From contig CM120640.1 of the NCBI GenBank assembly GCA_051362555.1, positions 18,042,001 to 18,106,000 of the forward strand: 64,000 nt of DNA, in the 5' to 3' direction. The notes beneath the pieces are model-generated. The model was not told the origin of the DNA. It ran no database searches and worked only from the letters and a program-made list of their open reading frames with translations. Made by a program: the position numbers and the translations under genes. The stretch is from Lingula anatina (Eukaryota > Animalia > Brachiopoda). Below, in pieces: positions 52,323-64,000 of this stretch (the first letter of the stretch is position 1; the number at the start of each line of letters is the position of its first letter).

Positions 52323-53354
52323 TCAGAAGTTGTGAGCTTTAGCAGGTGACTGTGAATCTGGGGTTCCAGGAGGGACAGTCAGAGGATATTGAGACTTGTA
52401 TCTCCCCATGTACTGCTTGATAAGTAAATTTTCCTTCAATGGAACTTCACTGGTCACTCTGGATATCCCCTGAGTTTTACCTGGTTGACTCTTGGCTCTG
52501 TTGTCATCAATGTTACTAGTAGAGCCCTTGGCCTGTGGTAAATGTATAGGAGTACTTATGAAGACTGGGTTTTCTAGACTAGATTGCCAGTGTTCTTGTG
52601 AAATGTTGTAGCTTGGTTGTGATAATACAAACACAGAGCTTGGTGGCAGGTTTCTGTTATTAAAAGAAACCAATGAAGCCTTCTTTCTGCCTGTCTTTGA
52701 AGTATAATGTTTTGCTTTCCTTCCAGAATTAACAAGTTCATGTTTATATGGCACTTTTGTCTTAGTTTGCAAAATCTGAAGGGATCCCTGTAATTGAACT
52801 TGGTTTTGAAGTGAGATATCATGTTTTTGCTCATTCGAAGTTTGCCGTTTCCTCCATGATTTCCTTAGTTTTTCTCCTGTCAGAAGATTGTCATGTTTCT
52901 GTCTTATTTTCCTTTTGTGTTGCGCTTTTAAAGCACTGATGCCTGGAAGTGGTTTGTCATGATCTTGATGCAGTGATGTTAACGGGTTCACTTTGTCAAA
53001 TATATACTTTTCATTTATTTCTCTAACTGGCTGTGAGCACAGTGCTTGTAGCCACTTACCCTGTATAGAGCTGGCAGAAGAGGATCTCAGTTTTGGATAT
53101 TGTGATAGGTGAGACATTGTGGTGGGTGTGACATTGTGTGTTGCCTTCTGATCCAGTGACCACCCATTAGCCTGAAACGATGGTAAAACCAGCTTGCGTG
53201 GGGCAGCATGACAACTGGCTCCACCCTGATAGTCATGAGTGACCCTCAACTGATGTAACTTGCCTGACCTTGTCTGAGTATTGTTCCTAATTGTGCAGAG
53301 GTCTGTGCAGGTTGCAACTGGCAACACAACAGGCTTCTTGTTTTTCTGCATCAC
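52323..53354 (-). CDS. Uncharacterised basic, Q/K/S-rich ORF (343 aa or more), probably the terminal exon of a gene antisense to the STK33 5' region
   Basis: The stop-free frame runs about 375 codons (to about 53447) in AT-rich DNA. Candidate acceptor TTTTTCTTTTGGATCAG near 53414. No recognisable domain; ends ...YPLTVPPGTPDSQSPAKAHNF. Confidence 0.55.
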   Translation of the reverse strand: MMQKNKKPVVLPVATCTDLCTIRNNTQTRSGKLHQLRVTHDYQGGASCHAAPRKLVLPSFQANGWSLDQKATHNVTPTTMSHLSQYPKLRSSSASSIQGKWLQALCSQPVREINEKYIFDKVNPLTSLHQDHDKPLPGISALKAQHKRKIRQKHDNLLTGEKLRKSWRKRQTSNEQKHDISLQNQVQLQGSLQILQTKTKVPYKHELVNSGRKAKHYTSKTGRKKASLVSFNNRNLPPSSVFVLSQPSYNISQEHWQSSLENPVFISTPIHLPQAKGSTSNIDDNRAKSQPGKTQGISRVTSEVPLKENLLIKQYMGRYKSQYPLTVPPGTPDSQSPAKAHNF

Positions 53355-54210
53355 TGGTGAAAATATCCCATGATTCAGGTGACAATGATGAATTGGGATA
53401 GGTTTTATGGATTCTGATCCAAAAGAAAAAACCTTCTCTTTGTGGTATCAAGAATGTATATACTGGTATTAATAATACCAAGATAAATTGCTCAAACTTT
53501 CTTTCAGTTGCTTGTAAGTCTTCCACATAGTTGGTTTCTATAAAAGATCCTTGACATCTCCATCAACCCTCTTGTCACCATTTCCACCCAGGCATCTGTG
53601 TAGAACATGTAACATTATGTTGCTATATGTATACTATCCATCTCCCATGGTCTTATCTACACTAAGTGTGTATAGCCTCTTTGGGGTCATGTCAGCTTGA
53701 TTTTAAACATTTCATAGTAAGGGACATGGTTTGTCAGAGAAACACACACAATCTTAGCTTTTTGTGCTCATTAAAAGGTGAGGCAACAGAACAAGGATAC
53801 ATTACCCCTCAGTACACAGAGTACCTAGTGATAAGTAAAACACACATGGAAAAATGTTTTCCTTCCCTACACCTTAAACTGTTTGCTCTTCCCTAATGGT
53901 TTAGTTTCTTTGTCTGGCCTGTGTCAGAGTGGCAATTAATGGGGGGAGTTATGTTATCTTTGTCATACCTAAGGCAAACTTTTGCTTGGCTATTTTCAGG
54001 TCTCACGGAAGTGAAAAAATAGAATCTATGTGCGAAATAAACATAACTTTCTTTTTTAAGAAGAAGCTTTTCATGCCTTGTTTAAATGTACAGACAAAAC
54101 CATAGGAATGTTATTTTTTCTCATGAAATTTGCTTTATTAAGGAGTTAATTGGAGATCTCATGTGTGTCCATGTGTGAGGAGGTTAAGTGTGCACATGGG
54201 AGGTAAGTGA

Positions 54211-54246
<36 letters not shown>

Positions 54247-57200
54247 GGGCTGGTAAGGTGCTAGCTGAAAATTGTCAGACTATACTATAAAACAGTATGA
54301 TATCTAGCCTGAAGGCGGGGTGGGGGTGGGGGGGGTTCTGGGGGGTGGGTGGTGGCACATGGTGAGATAGGGGTGTTCATAAAAAAGGGGCACTGTAGGT
54401 TAAGGGTCCATTAAGAATCAAGAATTAAGAATTTGACTTTATACGGTATTACCCATGCCATTTTGGGTGAACTAAGGAGGTTAAAAGGTCCAAACTTTTT
54501 TTTTTTTGTTTTTTTAGAAAATTACTTTCTTTTTAGAAAATGCTTGCTTTGCACTTGTTTTAAGATAGTATGAATAAATTAATAATAATATCAGAGTGAC
54601 AGATTTTGGACAAGACTGATAAGGCTGAAAACTCTCAAGATAGCTAAAGCCTTTTTTTTTAATGGAAGAAGTAGAAGTATGATCTTTTTATATGAACAGT
54701 GCACAGATAAGTCAACATCAAAATATAACTTATCTATATATATATATATATATATATTGGGATTATGGAGGAACTTATAATATTATCTCTGATAGGCTCA
54801 TTGACTGAATATATATGTATATAAAAACATATATACCTGATAAAATAAAGTATTATCTCATATGTTAAAAGTTTTATTGAGGGGGGTAATTAACAATTTT
54901 TTTTTTCTGCTTTTGTGATGGTTTTTGTTATAATAACTTCTTGGTGGTGGAGAAAACTATTGTCACTTTCTTCAAAAATATCATAGCTTCGAGAAAAAAT
55001 GAAGTCCATTGAAATGAAATTAGGCTCTTTGGGTATTTTATTATTTCCAAAGAAACGTTCATTTATATTTACTTAAATTACTGCCTAAGATATTTGAAAA
55101 GGTACAGTTTTGTAGTAGACTTAAATTGTGTAAGTACTCGTGACCTTTGGCAAATCTTTAGTCCCAAATATCAGTATCCTTCATAGTTGACATTGATCTG
55201 AAACCACCCAGATGACAAATACAAATTAAGAGATTAGAGACCAGTTAAGAGAACCAAAACACTTAAAAGACCCGCAAGTGAGTTTACTCATGTTCAAATT
55301 TCCCCTTCATGAGTTTTATTTGTGTCTTATTTCTTCAGGTGGGTTTCAGTTTAGTAGACAGAACATGATCCAATCACTGTATTTGATTTTTGTCAGACAA
55401 AATCCCATTTGATCTGACTCCACCAGTGTATTTGTTGAGCCACTTAGCCTTGCTCTAAGCACTCCAAAACATTATTGATTAACATTGCATGTAGAAAAGA
55501 CTGCTGGGGTTGGTGGAGTCTTTTTCATATTCAAAACTCTTTTCGAATGTAAATAAAGATTAGAATTCTCATTATGATGGGTTTTTATTTATTTATGAAG
55601 TTGAATTGTAAAGTCAGACTCTGTAGCTTGTTGTAACTGGATAGTTTTATGCATAAGTAAACAGTGGAGAAAATTGTGCGGGAGGTAACGGATTAGGTTT
55701 TTTGAATGCTGTGTTTTATGAGGGACATGTCAAATCGTAAACTTCTGGTTCCAGTGACTTGTCTATTCCCCCACCCTTCAGTTAGTTATTTATAAGGGAG
55801 TGGTTGACTCTCGATCTAAACTCACTGACTTAATGTATTTCGTCATTTGCTCTTGTTGCTAGATTGACATGTTATGCCCATGATTGGATATGTCATTATT
55901 CCAAGGTTGACTGAAGCTTTACAGTAAGCTCAGTTTGCAGTTGAGTGAAGTAATGTGAGATATACAACTTGACCAGCTCTGACTACAGCCCTGCAGGCTT
56001 TTCCACCCAGAGTAAAAGGTCAGGGAAGTCAGGTTCCAGTGAAAGAGAGAGAATTGGGAGATTGTGTTTTGAGAGTTGACTCCACTGTGCTGTGTTGTGC
56101 CCAAGGAGTGAAGTGATCAGCAAACAACACTATCTTCTTTATTTAAAAAATCTCTCCTGGTTGATGTTAATAGCTGATGTAATGCAGTGTCTATGTTTGT
56201 GTCTTGTACAAGCTCACCCCGTGTACATTGAGTCCCTTTTGTCTATTGAGACCTTTTTACTTGCATCTCTTTGAAAAACATGAATTTGAAGTGAATTCTA
56301 AATGGTCAACAAAACCACAATAGAGAGTAAACAAACTGGTAAAAGAGCTGCACTGTTTAGAGGCATGTGCAATTTCATGGTAGATTTGAGTCTTGAAAGT
56401 GGACTTTTCTTTGCTTGTATTAAAGCAAACATGGTGCTTGAATTTACCTGCTTTGATGTGTTACAGGCATGGTAGTATATGTGTGCGCAAAGAACACTGG
56501 CACTTACAGCGCTCACTCCGGCAACCTTTGTGGTGACATTGTCAGCCATTACGTGAATAGCAGAAAGCAATCCCAGCATAAGAAATGAACTGGACAAGTC
56601 AAATGGAATGGGAATCAGTTCATACCTAGTGCATTGATTATTAGACTTCCAATGGAGTCTTGTTTGCTGTAGAATATCCATCTGATTTGCTTCAGCTGGT
56701 AGTGTGTGAGCTGAGGACTGGGTCAATATTTGATCTTCTTGAACATATATCAATATCAGTGGTGATAAGCTTTAAGTGTGTCCATGTGTCAGCACAAATA
56801 GTAAAATGTCATTGCTGACCACTCCACCTGGAGGGCTGTCCATAAAAACTGGAGAACTTGACATATTTGCATTTGCGGAGATAATTAAAAAATCAACATA
56901 GCTTTCTGTAACGGTCAGCTCATCGTACCTGGCACCAATGGCAGTTAACACACTTACATAAACACATGTGTACACACACAAACAAATTATATATAATACA
57001 ATATATAGATGGCAAAATAAATAAATGTTTAAAAAAATGTCAATTTTTAAAACAACAGCTGACATAAATTTGATTTATGAGAATAGCATCTGAATTTTTA
57101 CTTAGTTTTTAGTCAAATACTAAATACTTTTCAGCATTTTGCCAATGGTAATCAACTGACAAAAATGATACAAAGTAATTTTATATAGCCCATGTTAATT

Positions 57201-58159
57201 ATTTATCACATTTAGCAAAAATGGGACCAAATTTTTTAGATACCAGTGCCTCCATTTCACTAACATACACATAAAACGCTGAATACATGTAAAACAACCC
57301 AATTATGAAATGTCAACTCAGTTTCACATCAAACTATGTTTAAACTACATTTATTACTTTTGCATCAGTTGAGTAAATCCATAAATATAAAGACTTCTTT
57401 TCTAAGAAAGCCCCCACCTACATTTTCTTTAGTACAAAACACTTGGGGTAAAATTTTGTTTATTGCTGTCTGGGGGTAATTTAGCTTACTAAGCTTTGTT
57501 TTGTGACAACTAACCTTGATATTTACTATTTATGTGTGCAGATAGCATTAAATTCAATTTAGATTAAAATTAAAATGAAAAAAAAAAGTATAATGTGGGA
57601 AATACACTTAGATATTTGTACACTTTAAGTCATTTGTTTAACAAAAAAGCATTTTGCAAATGTGAAATATTCTGATGAAGAAAAATGAATTAGTTTGCTG
57701 TGAAAAAAAAAACCAGCTAATCTTACTGACTGAGCAAAATAAACAAGAGAATCTAACTGTAAACGTAAATCTGCCTAACACATGTTATGCTATATCAAAG
57801 TAAGTATTGTGATTCACTCACCAGCTTCACTGGATGCCATCTCTTATCTTATAAATAGTTTTATAAAAATCCTGAACAATAATTGAGTTGTTGTATTAAG
57901 GTGTCTGTCAATACCTGTTTTTGTAAGAGCTGTGGAGATAGGCATTTGGAACTGTGGTGAGACTGAAGTGTTCTTATCAAAGAGTGTGGTCAGGTGAGGT
58001 GGTAAATGTTTTCCCTGTGTAAATATACCAAAGTGGGAGAGACTGGTGAAAAAAAAAGGTCTGGAGTTAATATCAGTTAATATCAATACTGTGGCTTTGA
58101 GCTTTGATTATAACAGTTAAATGGCTGACATAGGGGTGCAAGATTGACGAGTAATGTAG

Positions 58160-58161
<2 letters not shown>

Positions 58162-58205
<44 letters not shown>
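58162..58205 (+). repeat. (GA)n microsatellite
   Basis: Read directly. Confidence 0.9.
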
Positions 58206-58208
<3 letters not shown>

Positions 58209-59502
58209 TAAAATCAAGGCATTACATAGTCCATAATGTATTGGCACAGTGTAGATAATTAAACCATTTTGGAAAGAGTTTGTCAAATTCATTGATGTAC
58301 AAACACCAAGAAGTCAAAGATATAGACCCAGTGCATCCGTACTACAATCAATGGACTTAAAATAATGTTTGTAAAGTTGTACAATTCATTGACAACACAC
58401 ACCTTTTATAACGAACCTTCTCATCCCTTGTCAATATTAGCCAAGACTTAGTTATACATCAGGGAGTCGAGTAGTTTATATGGTGGATCTATCCACCCCT
58501 GGGCTATTAAAAAATCTTTTGACTAATCAAAAGGCTGACTTCTGTTGTTATCTGAGGCTGTGTCAGCCAATATAAAACATGTAATTAATTGACTTTACTT
58601 TTTGCTGAAGTATTTAGTGTGTGTGTTCTGCATGCTTGTGCACATAACATCATAGTAATGTCAGTTCTACTGGTGCTACACGCCACTGCCCCCTGCTTAA
58701 CATTCCAGCCAGCAGGGAGGACAGTCCGCATGCTAAGATCTCTGCCTATAGGTACAAATGTGCTTGGATTACTTAGTTTACTTGGAATCTGTGTACATCA
58801 TTTACTGAATTTATTCAGTTAAAAGCTCCTTGAAATTGTTTATTCAAACTTGATTGTTTTTTAAAAAAACTTTGGCAAAGAGGGAGTCAAACTGCCTGAC
58901 ATTTATCAATGAATATTATTTCCGATTCTGTAAAACTCTCATTCAGGAAATTTAATCACTGTCAACTGTCCATCATAGTGAGAGATTTAAAGATGATTGA
59001 TTTTTTGAAGCAGTTATAGTAGTTGGAAATGATTGATAAGGATATTAATGATAATATTGATAAAATTATTATAATCTTTATTCAGTCAACTGAGTATATA
59101 AGTTTATATGTTTATTGATTTCATTGTCTCAAAAGTAAAAGTAAGAAAAAGAAGAATATTTTAAGAAAAATGACAAGAAATAAATATGAGTTGTAGGTCT
59201 AAGAATGATATGTTAAAAAAAAAAAAAAAAAAAGGAAAAAGGATCAACAAATAAATAAAAATTTCTTGAAAAAAAAAAAAACTCAATTAGTGACAGCTTT
59301 TGAGGTTGGATCCCAAACTAAATGTTATCTATAACAAACAAGTTTTCACATAAACTTCACTAATATCATCCAGAACATTTACATGTGACACAAGTAACAC
59401 AATAAGATAACAGCCTGAAATACTGATACAGAACATAGTATTATACCAACCCCCCTCTTTCATGGCTGTGTTTTATTACTTGCAGTTTGTGTGTGAAGCA
59501 GC

Positions 59503-63433
<3,931 letters not shown>

Positions 63434-64000
63434 GTAAGTTTTAAAGATGAAGTTTCAAAGGATATTGTTTCATATTTCCCAAAAATTATATTTAAATGGA
63501 CACTTTTTGCTTTTTTAGTGCTTTAGATATACCTTGAATAATGCAATTGCGTGGACAGTACTGTCATTTAGTGGACCTTTATTAATTGCCAGGACAGATA
63601 AACAGGCCAATTTACCAGCAAAAATTTGAAGAAGGTGCAGTTTTAAGGCTATTTTTTGGCTGAAGAAGAGATTAATTTGGTTTATGATTTGGCATGTCAA
63701 CTTTTTTTAATGTATAAGAAACTACATGTAATAAAAGTGGTCTATATGCATTACTGAAAATCCGTGCTTGCTTCATACATATCTTTCAATAATAAATGAC
63801 AAAAACAACCCACTCATTCAGAAATTTCCTAGGACATAATAAATTTATTCCTTGAGACCACTGATGCCTTTAAGTTTTAATATTGTTCAAAATGTAAGTT
63901 CCAGAAATTAAATGAACAGGCACAGATTTGGACTGTTTTTAAAAACATTTGCATTACTTGAACATATTTTGTTTCTTGAAGATAATGTTAATTTTTTAAT

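Noticed and set aside
56298-57065. Minus-strand ORFs of 151 and 97 aa
   Set aside because: No motif, partly low-complexity, and I could not build a continuous spliced frame to the 52.3-kb ORF. Kept only as a possible UTR exon.

Overview
AT-rich, intron-rich animal genomic DNA. A spliced fused glutamate synthase, HINE-type repeats and a mosaic CpG pattern suggest an invertebrate, plausibly a lophotrochozoan or mollusc (inference). I assembled four spliced protein genes by hand from GT-AG junctions with consistent phases. (1) A two-exon uncharacterised gene (-, 4028->2280, 348 aa). (2) Head-to-head with it, a complete 45-coding-exon NADH-dependent glutamate synthase (+, 7962-38937, about 2116 aa). 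(3) A 13-exon LRRC74-like LRR gene (-, 46006->40296, 653 aa). (4) The 5' part of an STK33-like kinase (+, 59503 to past the window end). An orphan antisense ORF of more than 340 aa lies upstream of the kinase CDS (52323-53354). tRNA-Leu(CAG), tRNA-Gly(TCC) and a CR1-like LINE 3' end share one kinase intron. Glutamate synthase introns carry several MITEs and a HINE-like element with a 146-bp array. The most intriguing observation is a foldback MITE in the intron joining the GltB-like and GltD-like halves. It contributes to a splice donor, supplies an in-frame stop, and is followed by an intronic AATAAA. All coordinates were read by eye and no database searches were run.
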